The notes beneath the pieces were generated by a model that had not been told where the DNA came from, searched no databases, and worked only from the letters and a program-made list of their open reading frames with translations. A stretch of 64,000 bases of DNA. It comes from Patescibacteria group bacterium. Its GTDB lineage: Bacteria > Patescibacteriota > Patescibacteriia > UBA10025 > JAHIVO01. The stretch lies in assembly GCA_049325535.1 (NCBI GenBank), contig JBMOKY010000001.1, positions 1,008,048 through 1,072,047 of the forward strand, written 5' to 3'. Each line of letters starts with the position of its first letter. Position 1 is the first letter of the stretch. This document shows, piece after piece, positions 1 to 8,875 of this stretch. The position numbers and the translations under genes are program-made.

Positions 1-180
1 GTAGTACCGTTTACCTGGATAGCCTTCGGAATATTTATTGGTCAATACGCTTCCCAGCGCCTCCAGCACCGCTGGGGACGTAAAATTTTCCGACGGAATC
101 ATCTCCAGTCCATTGCGCTGTCGCTCTAATTCGTCATGAATTGAATCGAATATTTTTTTATCCGTATTTTGCAGATTCAT
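1..180 (-). CDS. glyA: Serine hydroxymethyltransferase, N-terminal 60 aa only (gene runs off the window start)
   Basis: The reverse complement of 1-180 translates to [60 protein letters not shown]. This carries the SHMT N-terminal motifs (SENF(T/V)S, TNKY(S/A)EGYPGKRYY). The start codon is the complement of 178-180. Confidence 0.8.
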   Translation of the reverse strand, partial: MNLQNTDKKIFDSIHDELERQRNGLEMIPSENFTSPAVLEALGSVLTNKYSEGYPGKRYY

Positions 181-457
181 ACCATTATTGTACGGGATTA
201 TCAGGGAATTGTCATCTCGCCCGCCTTGTCATGCTGAGCGAAAGTCCCCCCCCCCCGGCGACTGAAGTCAAAGTATCTCATTATTAATTGCGACCACGAT
301 AGAACCGAGATTCCTCGGCTCGCCTCGCTTCGCTTGGCGAAGCGGGCTACGCTCAGAGTGACAGCCCATCCAACATTGACACATACATGCCCCCCTGCTA
401 AGGTGTAGCCACAAAAACGAATACAAACTTTCTCACCCTTTTATTTTGGAGGAATAA

Positions 458-1600
458 ATGAACATTAACTTGAAGCAAACCGTCAAGCGCATTATGCACA
501 TCGTGCGCCAATCCGGTGCTGACTGTCTGGTCATCCGCGACCTGGCCAGCATCCGCTACCTGACCGGCTGCGCCTTCCACTCGGTGGGAGATGCCGTCGT
601 CCTCGTCCGCGGCGATCGGGTGACGCTATTCACCGACGCTCGGTACCTGGGCGTGAAGCAGGAATTGGCGGGCCAGCCAGTCGCCATCGTCATCTGGAAC
701 CGGCTCGATGTCCCGGGTGCTATCTTCACCGCGGCAACCCGTGGTGCGCGTGGCGCCCGAACGGTCGTCATCGGCTTTGAACGCGACAGCGCCAGTATGA
801 CCTTCGGCTTTGTCGACCAGCTGCGCACCGGAGCTCGGAAAAAAGCGTGGCGTGGAAAGGTACGCGTCATGCCGATCCCGGATCTGATGCAGCTCGTCCG
901 CAGTATCAAGACCCCGGCAGAAATCCGTCTGCTGCAAAAGGCGCACCGGCTTGCCGACGAAGCCTTGCTGGTGGTCTCGCGAAGGATCACGGTGGGCATC
1001 TCCGAAAAAAAGATCGCCGAATGGCTCAACATCGAGCTGCGTCGGCTGTCCGGCGAGGACGAGCTGTCCTTCGCCACCATCGTGGCAAGCGGCGTAAACG
1101 GCGCCTGCGCCCATGCCACTCCCGGTAACCGGAAGATACGTCGCGGCGACCTGGTAACCATCGATTTCGGATGTACCTACCGGGGATACCACTCGGATAC
1201 GACCCGGATGATTGTCATCGGGGAACTGAACCCCAAAAAACAGAAAATGTTTGATGCGGTGCGCGGTGCTCAGGCGGCGGCCCAGACTGGCGCCCGTCCC
1301 GGCATGTCGGGCCAAGAGGTGGACGCCATCGCCCGTAACTACCTGAAGCAGGAAGGATACGGGGATTATTTCATCCATTCTACCGGCCATGGAGTCGGCC
1401 TGGATGTACATGAAAAACCGCACGTCACCCCTGCCGCTCCTGGCATCAACCTTCTCGAACCGGGTATGGTTTTCTCAATCGAGCCTGGGGTGTATATCGA
1501 GGGCTTCACCGGCCTCCGGCTGGAAAACACCGTCGTCATGACCAAGCGGGGCGTGAGGTCCCTCAGTCGTCTGCCGATGGTACTCAAAATTCCGGCCTGA
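458..1600 (+). CDS. M24 family Xaa-Pro aminopeptidase / prolidase
   Basis: A 380-aa ORF with the M24 metal-binding signature HSTGHGVGLDVHE and the pita-bread C-terminal domain (GMVFSIEPGVY). AGGAATAA sits upstream of the ATG. Confidence 0.85.
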   Translation: MNINLKQTVKRIMHIVRQSGADCLVIRDLASIRYLTGCAFHSVGDAVVLVRGDRVTLFTDARYLGVKQELAGQPVAIVIWNRLDVPGAIFTAATRGARGARTVVIGFERDSASMTFGFVDQLRTGARKKAWRGKVRVMPIPDLMQLVRSIKTPAEIRLLQKAHRLADEALLVVSRRITVGISEKKIAEWLNIELRRLSGEDELSFATIVASGVNGACAHATPGNRKIRRGDLVTIDFGCTYRGYHSDTTRMIVIGELNPKKQKMFDAVRGAQAAAQTGARPGMSGQEVDAIARNYLKQEGYGDYFIHSTGHGVGLDVHEKPHVTPAAPGINLLEPGMVFSIEPGVYIEGFTGLRLENTVVMTKRGVRSLSRLPMVLKIPA

Positions 1601-1628
1601 CGACGTTTCCGTCACCATCTCACTCACA

Positions 1629-1658
1629 GCCGCGAGCATCCCGCCCGCGGCTTTTTTT
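1629..1658 (+). terminator. Intrinsic terminator after the aminopeptidase gene
   Basis: GCCGCG...CGCGGC stem followed by a T7 run (ctttttttat). Confidence 0.6.
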
Positions 1659-1813
1659 ATACACCAACCTTGTCACCTCACGTGTATTAGAACGTGGGGT
1701 CCGGGAGATCCTCTAAACCCCTCCTACCACACACTACAAATCCAAAGAGCAAGCGCATAGCCCGCCCGAACACCGTTATGCGGGCAGGTATTCCCCGGCA
1801 GCTCTTTTGAGTT

Positions 1814-1837
1814 ACTTTTCTTGCTGCCAAGAAACGT
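1814..1837. repeat. Palindromic motif copy 1 (ACTTTTCTTG-ctgc-CAAGAAAcGT) at a convergent gene junction
   Basis: Shares the ~30-nt pattern TG.G.TACTTTTCTTGC.GCCAAGAAA.GT..CAAT with copy 2 at 8852-8875. It lies just 3' of the NUDIX gene. Confidence 0.4.
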
Positions 1838-1842
1838 AGCAA

Positions 1843-2223
1843 TTAATTACGTAAATGCTCCCCCACAATCTGTTTCACATTCGGCGCCACGTCGTTCGGT
1901 AGATGGTGGATGTCAAGCCATGTCCACTCCCGGATGTCTGGTCCGGGCCGTACCTCACCAATTCGCTTTGCCAAATAATGCACCAATACCACCACCGTCT
2001 CGTTGTCTTTCCTGGTCATCATGGTGCTCAATGGCCGGATAATCTCAATATCAATCCCCATTTCCTCTTTGACTTCCCGTGCGGCACACTTCTGCAAATC
2101 CAGCTGGTCAAATGTCTCCATCCGACCACCGGGGAATTTCCAAAACGTCGTGTCCCCGTGTTTGTTCACGAGCACCCGATCATCCTCTATGATAACCGGC
2201 CCAGCGGCGATGATGATGTTCAT
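1843..2223 (-). CDS. NUDIX hydrolase
   Basis: Nudix box GGRMETFDQLDLQKCAAREVKEEMGI (Gx5Ex7REUxEExGU pattern). Confidence 0.8.
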   Translation of the reverse strand: MNIIIAAGPVIIEDDRVLVNKHGDTTFWKFPGGRMETFDQLDLQKCAAREVKEEMGIDIEIIRPLSTMMTRKDNETVVVLVHYLAKRIGEVRPGPDIREWTWLDIHHLPNDVAPNVKQIVGEHLRN

Positions 2224-2283
2224 ACACCCCTTATGCTACCGCATTGAATGCCAGTGTCAAATGAGTTGCTGCCCGCACACCGG

Positions 2284-3468
2284 CTACTCCATCACGTACG
2301 TCTTCATCGGGGAAAACCCATTGAAATTAACGGAGCAGTACGAGGAAGTATACGCGCCAGTGGACAGCAGATAGACGCGGTCCCCCTCTTTGATATCCGC
2401 CGGTAATTTGTATTTGAATTTTTCGTACAGCGTGTCCATGGAATCGCAGGACGGTCCGGCCAGGATAACCTGTCGGGAACACTGGGCTTCGGGGTCAGCG
2501 GTAAAAATCGGATACTTCATTGATTCGTCGATAGTTTCGATGAGCCCGTTAAATTTACCCGTATCGAGATACACCCAGTCGACGTCCGCCGTGGCTGACT
2601 TCTTGGAAATCATGACGATTTCGCTGACCAGTACCCCAGCATCGGCAGTGATGCTCCGCCCGGGTTCGATAAAAATTTCCGGCATATGATCGCCAAAATC
2701 CTCGTGGAGAAAACGAGCGATTTCCTTGGCATACGTGGCTAGGGGTTGGGTCGGTTGCAGGTAGTGCGCGGGTAATCCGCCCCCGAGGTTGATCATGTGT
2801 AGCTCCACGCCCTGCTCATGCAATGAATCAAATAAATACTTCGTCTGGGCGATGGCCGTATCCCACTGCCCAATGTCGCGTTGCTGTGAGCCGACATGAA
2901 ACGACACGCCGTAGGGAACGAGTCCCAGCTGTTTGGCGCGTAACGCCAGGCGGAAGACGAGATCAGGGTGAGCGCCAAACTTCTTCGAAAGCGGCCAATC
3001 TGCCTGCCCCCCCTCGGAGAGAATACGCATGAAAATCCTGCTCCCCGGCGCCTGTCGCGCTAATTTTTCTAGGTCAGACGACGAATCAGTGGCAAACAAC
3101 CGAACCCCCCGGTCATATGCGTATTTGATATCACGTTCTTTTTTGATGGTATTACCAAAACTGATGCGCTCAGGGGAGACGCCCAATCGGAGCACCTGGT
3201 CGATCTCATTGACCGAAGCCAAATCAAAACATGCTCCCCGCTGGTGCAGCAGGCTAATGACCTCATCCAGAGGGCACGCCTTAATGGCATAGTACACGGT
3301 GGCTGCGGGAAAGTTCGTTTTCAGCTCATCATACTGTTGGGCGACTTTCTTCAGTGATATGACGAGGAGTGGAGTGAGTTTGTCAGCGGTAAACTCCTTG
3401 ATTTTCTCGAATTCCTCGCGTGTGAGATACTGTTCGAGACGATATCCATTACCATTTCCGTTGGCCAT
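2284..3468 (-). CDS. PLP-dependent fold-III decarboxylase (ornithine/lysine/arginine/DAP decarboxylase family)
   Basis: 394 aa. Contains the YAIKAC PLP-lysine motif, and HVGSQ and EPGR-like motifs typical of Orn/DAP/Arg decarboxylases. Confidence 0.8.
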   Translation of the reverse strand: MANGNGNGYRLEQYLTREEFEKIKEFTADKLTPLLVISLKKVAQQYDELKTNFPAATVYYAIKACPLDEVISLLHQRGACFDLASVNEIDQVLRLGVSPERISFGNTIKKERDIKYAYDRGVRLFATDSSSDLEKLARQAPGSRIFMRILSEGGQADWPLSKKFGAHPDLVFRLALRAKQLGLVPYGVSFHVGSQQRDIGQWDTAIAQTKYLFDSLHEQGVELHMINLGGGLPAHYLQPTQPLATYAKEIARFLHEDFGDHMPEIFIEPGRSITADAGVLVSEIVMISKKSATADVDWVYLDTGKFNGLIETIDESMKYPIFTADPEAQCSRQVILAGPSCDSMDTLYEKFKYKLPADIKEGDRVYLLSTGAYTSSYCSVNFNGFSPMKTYVME

Positions 3469-3842
3469 TGGCGTTTTTTGAAATGTTTAATTATTTATGA
3501 CTGATAGTATAATACATCCGCGGCAGAACGCAATGAAGCGGCTACTGTGCGGTAAGCCCAGATTCCCACAAACTCATAAAAATCCGGGACGAATGAATCC
3601 GTCCCGGATATGAGCTACTGGTGCCGTGCGGCAAGAAATGCTGGAGCGTGGGGCCGCCTCCCAAATTGCCTGTACTTTGTGCTGTCTGGCGCACCACCCA
3701 TTCAACCAAAGCAGATTTCGGTTGGCTTCTTAGGCGCTGTGCTCCAGCGTGATGTTAATGCGTTTCAATAGGGTAACCCTACCTTTCGAAAAAAACGCGT
3801 CGGTTAATGTACTGCTGCTCCGTCGAAACTCACGGAACTTTT

Positions 3843-4070
3843 TTAGTATACCCTATCTGATGATGTCGGGTAAAGCGTCCGACAATACCGGTCGACCAAC
3901 CAGTTCCATAAACCATATCCGAGCAAGGATCCGGCAATCATCCCGACCAAACCAGCTGCCGCTTGTACCCATGCCGGTACAGTGCAATACCATGCGATAC
4001 CTACACCAATACCGGCGCAGCTCAATACGATGATACTGACGCGCCATGCCATATACCATATGAACCGCAT
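3843..4070 (-). CDS. Small 2-TM membrane protein (hypothetical)
   Basis: An ATG at complement 4068-4070 is preceded by GGAGG with a 5-nt spacer. The product is hydrophobic (MRFIWYMAWRVSIIVLSCAGIGV...). Confidence 0.4.
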   Translation of the reverse strand: MRFIWYMAWRVSIIVLSCAGIGVGIAWYCTVPAWVQAAAGLVGMIAGSLLGYGLWNWLVDRYCRTLYPTSSDRVY

Positions 4071-4192
4071 ACATGCCTCCAAACGCCAAAGGTAGAAAAG
4101 AACAATATTCTATTGATAGTTTACGCTATCGCAGTCACCGAAAAAATGCAAGGACTTTACAGATGCTGCTCGACGTGAAATGCTAATGGTGT

Positions 4193-4726
4193 ATGCCAAA
4201 GAATATCGAGGTCGAAATCCGCAGTTTCATCGACGACGAGCAATACCAGCGCTTGCGCGACTTCTTTACGAAGTATGCCGAGCTGGTACTGGAGGACGAG
4301 CAGGAAACCATCTATCTGCACAATGACGAAGATGTGCGATTGCAACGTGGAACATTCAAAGCAAAACTATGGATGAAGTCAGGTCAGATCCATGATGAGG
4401 CTCGCGAGGAAACCGAGGTGCAATTCGATCCGCTGGATTTCGACAAGGTATTGAAAATATTCCTGACCCTCGGACACCGCGTCAAAATCAAATGGCTGCG
4501 GCACCGCTACCAATTCGACTGGGACGGCATCAGCGTTTCGCTCGATGATACGAAAGGGTACGGAAAAATTATTGAGCTGGAAAAAATGTGCAGCCCAAAA
4601 GAACGCACTGCTGCGCTTGAGCTACTTTCCCAAAAAATGCACGCGCTGAACATCCCCCTGACTCCGCGAGAAGAATTCGACAGACGCTTCCGCGAGTACG
4701 AGCGCAATTGGCATACCTTGGTATAA
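4193..4726 (+). CDS. CYTH-domain protein (triphosphate tunnel metalloenzyme / class IV adenylyl cyclase-like)
   Basis: N-terminal NIEVEIRSF matches the ExExK motif of the CYTH fold. The length of 177 aa fits a single CYTH domain. Confidence 0.6.
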   Translation: MPKNIEVEIRSFIDDEQYQRLRDFFTKYAELVLEDEQETIYLHNDEDVRLQRGTFKAKLWMKSGQIHDEAREETEVQFDPLDFDKVLKIFLTLGHRVKIKWLRHRYQFDWDGISVSLDDTKGYGKIIELEKMCSPKERTAALELLSQKMHALNIPLTPREEFDRRFREYERNWHTLV

Positions 4727-4783
4727 AAATGATAACCATAAGCGCCCATACCTCTGTCGGCATGAGCGCTCAATGGCATTGCA

Positions 4784-6079
4784 TTAGGCTACTTCCAGCC
4801 GTCCGTCAAGAAATTCCTGATACCCACCCAAGTCAAGAAATCCATGGCCGCTGATATTAACCAGGATAGTTCTCGCCTCCCCTGATTCCCGGCAGACAAT
4901 CGCCTCATCAATAGCTGCTTTGATGGCGTGGGCTGACTCAGGCGCTGGCAATATCCCTTCCGTTTGCACAAACATTTGAGCCGCCTGCATCACTGCGGTT
5001 TGCTCAACCGCGCGGCGTTCGATGTACCCCTGATCCACTAAATGGCTGATCAATGGCGCGGCGCCGTGATACCGAAGCCCACCCGCCTGGATCCGTGGCG
5101 GAATGAAGTCTGCGCCAAGGGTGTACATCTTCAGTAGTGGCGTCATCTCCGCTGTATCACCGAAGTCATAGCGATACTCACCTTTTGTCAGGCTGGGGCA
5201 GGTTTCCGGTTCTACTGCCACTACCCGGATTGATTTTTTCCTGGTGATTCCTGAACCAATATAGGGCAAACTTATTCCGGCTAGATTACTACCTCCTCCA
5301 AAACAACCAAAAATGACATCTGGGTACGCATCGACTTTCCCCATTTGTGTCATCACCTCTTGGCCGATCACCGTCTGATGCATCAAGACGTGATTAAGCA
5401 CGCTCCCCAGCGAATACTTAGTATGTTCGTTCTTGATTGCCTCCATCGCTTCACTGATGGCGATGCCCAGGCTGCCGGGATGATTTGGGTCTTTCGCGAG
5501 ATACTGCCGGCCAATCGTGGTCTGTCGGCTCGGCGAAGCCAGTACCTCAGCGCCGAGCATTCGCATATAACTCACCCGATACGGTTTCTGCTGATAATGC
5601 AGCCGGACATAGTAGATGAGCGCCTCCATGCCGAATAGTTTTGCAGCTAAGGAGAGTGCCATACCCCACTGTCCCGCACCCGTCTCCGTCGTGAGGGTAG
5701 TGATACCTTCCTGTTTATTATAATACGCTTGGGCCAATGCGGTATTTAATTTGTGGCTGCCGGTCAATGATGCACCTTCGTACTTATAGAAAATACGTGC
5801 TGGCGTATTCAGTACCCGCTCCAAACGATCAGCGCGGTACAGCGGGGTTGGTCGATACCGCTGATACAAGGTGCGTACCTCATCTGGAATTTCGATCATC
5901 CGCTCGACGCTCGTCTCTTGTTCCACGAGCGCTTTTGGGAATAGCCCGAGCAATGCCGCGGGATCCAGCGGCTTATTCGTACCAGGATGCAAGGGCGGAG
6001 GCGGAGGCACCGGCAGGTCCGCTAGGATATTGTAGTAGTGCGTCGGCACCTCGCGTGCCGATAGAATTATTGGATTCAT
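4784..6079 (-). CDS. trpB: Tryptophan synthase beta-like PLP enzyme (TrpB2 type)
   Basis: 431 aa. Contains HKLNTALAQAYYNKQEGITTLTTETGAGQWG and GGGSNLAG, characteristic of TrpB / TrpB2. Confidence 0.85.
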   Translation of the reverse strand: MNPIILSAREVPTHYYNILADLPVPPPPPLHPGTNKPLDPAALLGLFPKALVEQETSVERMIEIPDEVRTLYQRYRPTPLYRADRLERVLNTPARIFYKYEGASLTGSHKLNTALAQAYYNKQEGITTLTTETGAGQWGMALSLAAKLFGMEALIYYVRLHYQQKPYRVSYMRMLGAEVLASPSRQTTIGRQYLAKDPNHPGSLGIAISEAMEAIKNEHTKYSLGSVLNHVLMHQTVIGQEVMTQMGKVDAYPDVIFGCFGGGSNLAGISLPYIGSGITRKKSIRVVAVEPETCPSLTKGEYRYDFGDTAEMTPLLKMYTLGADFIPPRIQAGGLRYHGAAPLISHLVDQGYIERRAVEQTAVMQAAQMFVQTEGILPAPESAHAIKAAIDEAIVCRESGEARTILVNISGHGFLDLGGYQEFLDGRLEVA

Positions 6080-6388
6080 AATGATTGATAATGACTGAGT
6101 GATTTAAAAAATACGAATACACCTGCAATCACGCCAGAAAAAAGTTGCCTTAGTTTTGAAGATAAATTTCATATATATCAATACATAACAAATAAAAAAT
6201 CGCCCTGTGCAGGAGTAGGATTTTTTTTCGAAAACAAAACCTACTTCGCTAGCGGCGACTAATTTTTTGCCAACAATTGTTTACTATCTGATGCATGACT
6301 GCATAATACATCGGATATTCCGTCCCTGTCAAATATGCCGCACCACAAACAAGCTACGTTTATCTCAATGACTGTGGATAACTTCACT

Positions 6389-6437
6389 TGACATTATCAA
6401 TACGCTGTTATAGTGTTTTAATACATTAAAACACTTC
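6389..6437 (+). promoter_or_regulatory. Candidate sigma70-like promoter (TTGACA ... TATAGT) followed by a perfect 10-bp-arm palindrome GTGTTTTAAT-ac-ATTAAAACAC (6414-6435), directly upstream of the TrpR-like gene
   Basis: TTGACA at 6389-6394, TATAGT at 6410-6415 (15-nt spacer). The palindrome is read directly from the sequence. It lies in the divergent region shared with trpB2. Confidence 0.4.
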
Positions 6438-6441
6438 GTTC

Positions 6442-6729
6442 ATGAAATCAACCCATATCGACCCACGCGCGCTCAATGACCTGTATCGCGCCATACTCCG
6501 ATTAAAAACGATTGATGAATGTAAACGATTTTTCCGGGACATCGCTACCCTCGAGGAACTCAAAGACCTTTCCGACCGCTGGGAAGTAGCTCGGCTCATC
6601 CACACCGGCGTCCCCTATCGTACTATTTCTCAGCACACCGGCGTCAGCACTGCAACTATCACACGAGTTGCGCACTGGATCAATCATGGCGAAGGTGGAT
6701 ACCAACTGATGCTCAAACGAATACACTAA
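6442..6729 (+). CDS. TrpR-like / YerC-YecD family DNA-binding protein
   Basis: 95 aa. ...LNDLYRAILRLKTIDECKRFFRDIATLEELKDLSDRWEVARLI...ISQHTGVSTATITRV matches the YerC/YecD Trp-repressor-related family. Confidence 0.8.
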   Translation: MKSTHIDPRALNDLYRAILRLKTIDECKRFFRDIATLEELKDLSDRWEVARLIHTGVPYRTISQHTGVSTATITRVAHWINHGEGGYQLMLKRIH

Positions 6730-6838
6730 CATACCTATGAATTATCGATCAAACAACCAATCTCATCACCAAAAGAATTCTTCTGTATTGAAGAGGCTTT
6801 TGTGATGTAGATTCATTAGTACCCTATGAATCGGTGAG

Positions 6839-6862
6839 CCTCCTCAGTACAGGAGGTTTTTT
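6839..6862 (+). terminator. Intrinsic terminator
   Basis: CCTCCT-cagtac-AGGAGG hairpin followed by TTTTTT. Confidence 0.55.
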
Positions 6863-6927
6863 CATATAAAAAATAAAGACCAAAAAAAACCTCACGCACC
6901 TTCACAATTTTATACAAGGAGAAAAAC

Positions 6928-7107
6928 ATGGAATCATTCATGACCTGCACACTCATGTCAGTGCAGACCATAGCCCAAGAGCTACAGCTGCCTGAAGATG
7001 TCATTACCCAACTCATCACTAAACTCACGGAGGTATCCAGCCAAAAATTCACGAACGATTCACTGTCCACGCCGTGTGCCAGCAATGGTTACGGCATGAT
7101 TCACTAA
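6928..7107 (+). CDS. Small hypothetical protein (59 aa), absent from the supplied ORF track (below the 60-aa cut-off)
   Basis: ATG at 6928 preceded by AAGGAG with a 7-nt spacer. Translates to MESFMTCTLMSVQTIAQELQLPEDVITQLITKLTEVSSQKFTNDSLSTPCASNGYGMIH with stop at 7105-7107. It lies immediately upstream of the 375-aa gene on the same strand. Confidence 0.45.
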   Translation: MESFMTCTLMSVQTIAQELQLPEDVITQLITKLTEVSSQKFTNDSLSTPCASNGYGMIH

Positions 7108-7152
7108 CCACACTAAACTCATCTTTTTGTCCAAAAGGAGATAACGACAATC

Positions 7153-8280
7153 ATGTTACCCAGAAATGGACGTGAGCTGAAAGCCATGTTGCTGTGCGAA
7201 GGAATGCGTGGTGATATCATGGTCACTTCGCATTTCGCTCGCCAAAATCCATTCCGGATGCGACGGGGTAGCCTCAGTTCCGGCGGCAAAATAAAGCTGA
7301 ACTGCGGCCTTTTCGTCAATGTCCCAATCTATACCCATCCGACTGAACTGCACGCTGTGGCAGACGGTACTGATGATGAGAAAATCTACATTTGTGCCGG
7401 CACCAAAGTGTTAAGTGGCGCCCGAGTGCTCCCCGCACCGTTATGGTATAGGCGCCGCATCAAGGACTTGTTCCTCTCTCAGATACTGACCGCGCACAAT
7501 CGTCAGATTGCCGGGGCCGTGTACGAGGGGTGCGTGCACTTCAGTCGCGGCGACCAAGGCAAATTCTGCGTGATTAACCATTCGGTGTCCACCGGTGATC
7601 CGCGGTTGACGATGAAAAAACCGGAGCTGATCATAGCCGCACTGGAACAAATCCCGACTGACGATTATGACGGCCTGACGCTCAATGGCGGCATGACTCT
7701 CGCTCCAGGCCGCGGTATGGAACTGATGGTACCGGTTGTTGCGGCGATTTCCAAGCGATTTCCTCGGTTACCGATTGCGATTGAAATCACTCCGCCTGCT
7801 GAGCTTGACTGGATTGACCGGCTGGCAGAGGCGGGTACCAGTAGTCTGATGATGAATCTCGAATGCTGGGATCCGGACATCCGGCGTCGGATGATCCCGG
7901 GCAAAGACCAGCTGTGCCCCCGTGAATCATATCTGGCCGCATTTGACCGGGCCGTAACTCTCTTCGGACGTGGTCGCGTTACCAGCTGCTTCATTGTCGG
8001 CACTGAACCCGATTATTCATTGAAACAGGGTATCACCGTCACGGTGGAGCACGGGGTCATTCCTTCGCCGCTTGCCGGCCGAGGGTTTGAGGATATTCCT
8101 GAGTACCCCTTCAGAAATGGCTGGAATTACCCCTTCAGGTGTTCTTGGTTCTCATTGATGCAAATCATGGATTTTGCCACGCGTTGCATGCGGGAGCATA
8201 ATCTGGTGTCGACTGACAAGGCTGGATGTGTCGCGTGCAAGATGTGTGATTTAATCGGTGACTTTGGGACGTCTTGCTAA
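7153..8280 (+). CDS. Hypothetical TIM-barrel (radical-SAM-like core) protein with a C-terminal Cys cluster; function unknown
   Basis: AGGAG sits 8 nt before the ATG. The central segment (DGLTLNGGMTLAPG...IAIEITPP...LMMNLECWDP) resembles the glycine-rich / beta-alpha-barrel core of radical-SAM enzymes. No N-terminal CxxxCxxC is present; instead the C-terminus reads GCVACKMCDLIGDFGTSC (C-x2-C-x2-C-x9-C). Confidence 0.5.
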   Translation: MLPRNGRELKAMLLCEGMRGDIMVTSHFARQNPFRMRRGSLSSGGKIKLNCGLFVNVPIYTHPTELHAVADGTDDEKIYICAGTKVLSGARVLPAPLWYRRRIKDLFLSQILTAHNRQIAGAVYEGCVHFSRGDQGKFCVINHSVSTGDPRLTMKKPELIIAALEQIPTDDYDGLTLNGGMTLAPGRGMELMVPVVAAISKRFPRLPIAIEITPPAELDWIDRLAEAGTSSLMMNLECWDPDIRRRMIPGKDQLCPRESYLAAFDRAVTLFGRGRVTSCFIVGTEPDYSLKQGITVTVEHGVIPSPLAGRGFEDIPEYPFRNGWNYPFRCSWFSLMQIMDFATRCMREHNLVSTDKAGCVACKMCDLIGDFGTSC

Positions 8281-8366
8281 CCGTTTTCAAACCACGATGC
8301 TGACATCCGATATGGTACGGACAGGAGCATCGTCACACACAAACACATCCAAGGAGGTGAGAAGCG

Positions 8367-8570
8367 ATGGCTCAATGTCCCGTCTGTGAAGGAAGTGGAC
8401 GCTGTCCGGAATGTGATGGCACCGGCCATTCATTCATCGGTGACCTGGCCCGGAATATCCCCATCCCCGGGGATGACGATTCCGACGCGTCGACCTGCAA
8501 CCGCTGCCCCGATGGTAATGGCGATTGCTATAACTGCGACGGCACCGGCGAAGTCGACGACGACGATTAG
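8367..8570 (+). CDS. Small Cys-rich protein with four DnaJ-type CxxCxGxG zinc-finger repeats and an acidic tail
   Basis: AAGGAGGTGA RBS with a 6-nt spacer. Repeats are CPVCEGSG, CPECDGTG, CNRCPDGNG and CYNCDGTG; the C-terminus is EVDDDD. Confidence 0.7.
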   Translation: MAQCPVCEGSGRCPECDGTGHSFIGDLARNIPIPGDDDSDASTCNRCPDGNGDCYNCDGTGEVDDDD

Positions 8571-8596
8571 TTCTTTTCGCACTTTCCATGACACCA

Positions 8597-8630
8597 AAGC
8601 GCAGTCTCATCCACGAGATTGCGCTTTTTC
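8597..8630 (+). terminator. Intrinsic terminator
   Basis: AAGCGCAGTCTC...GAGATTGCGCTT stem with one G-U pair, followed by TTTTT. Confidence 0.6.
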
Positions 8631-8851
8631 TATATCAAATATTCACACTCCTAATAAACCGCCATTCGAACGGAAATGTTACACAAACGGGATGAAGAGG
8701 AACGATCCGCCTCTGGCGAATCGCGATGTCATGTTCGAGCGTATGAGTCCGTCACGCCAAAGGCGGACGAGACGAAAAGCGAGTTACATCGCGAAGTGAC
8801 GATGAACCCGTTTGTGTTAATTTCTGTGACATGGCGAGAGTTCTTTTGTGC

Positions 8852-8875
8852 TACTTTTCTTGCGGCCAAGAAAAG
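8852..8875. repeat. Palindromic motif copy 2 (ACTTTTCTTG-cggc-CAAGAAAAGT, perfect 10-bp arms)
   Basis: It lies just 3' of the elp3-like gene. See copy 1. Confidence 0.4.

Noticed and set aside
556-1423. 201-aa and 265-aa minus-strand ORFs
   Set aside because: Both are embedded antisense in the well-supported M24 aminopeptidase gene, with no SD sites.
3749-4033. 94-aa plus-strand ORF overlapping the small membrane-protein gene
   Set aside because: No RBS and a basic low-complexity product. The minus-strand 75-aa ORF with a GGAGG site is preferred.
7665-8003. 112-aa minus-strand ORF
   Set aside because: Antisense within the 375-aa TIM-barrel gene; no translation signals.
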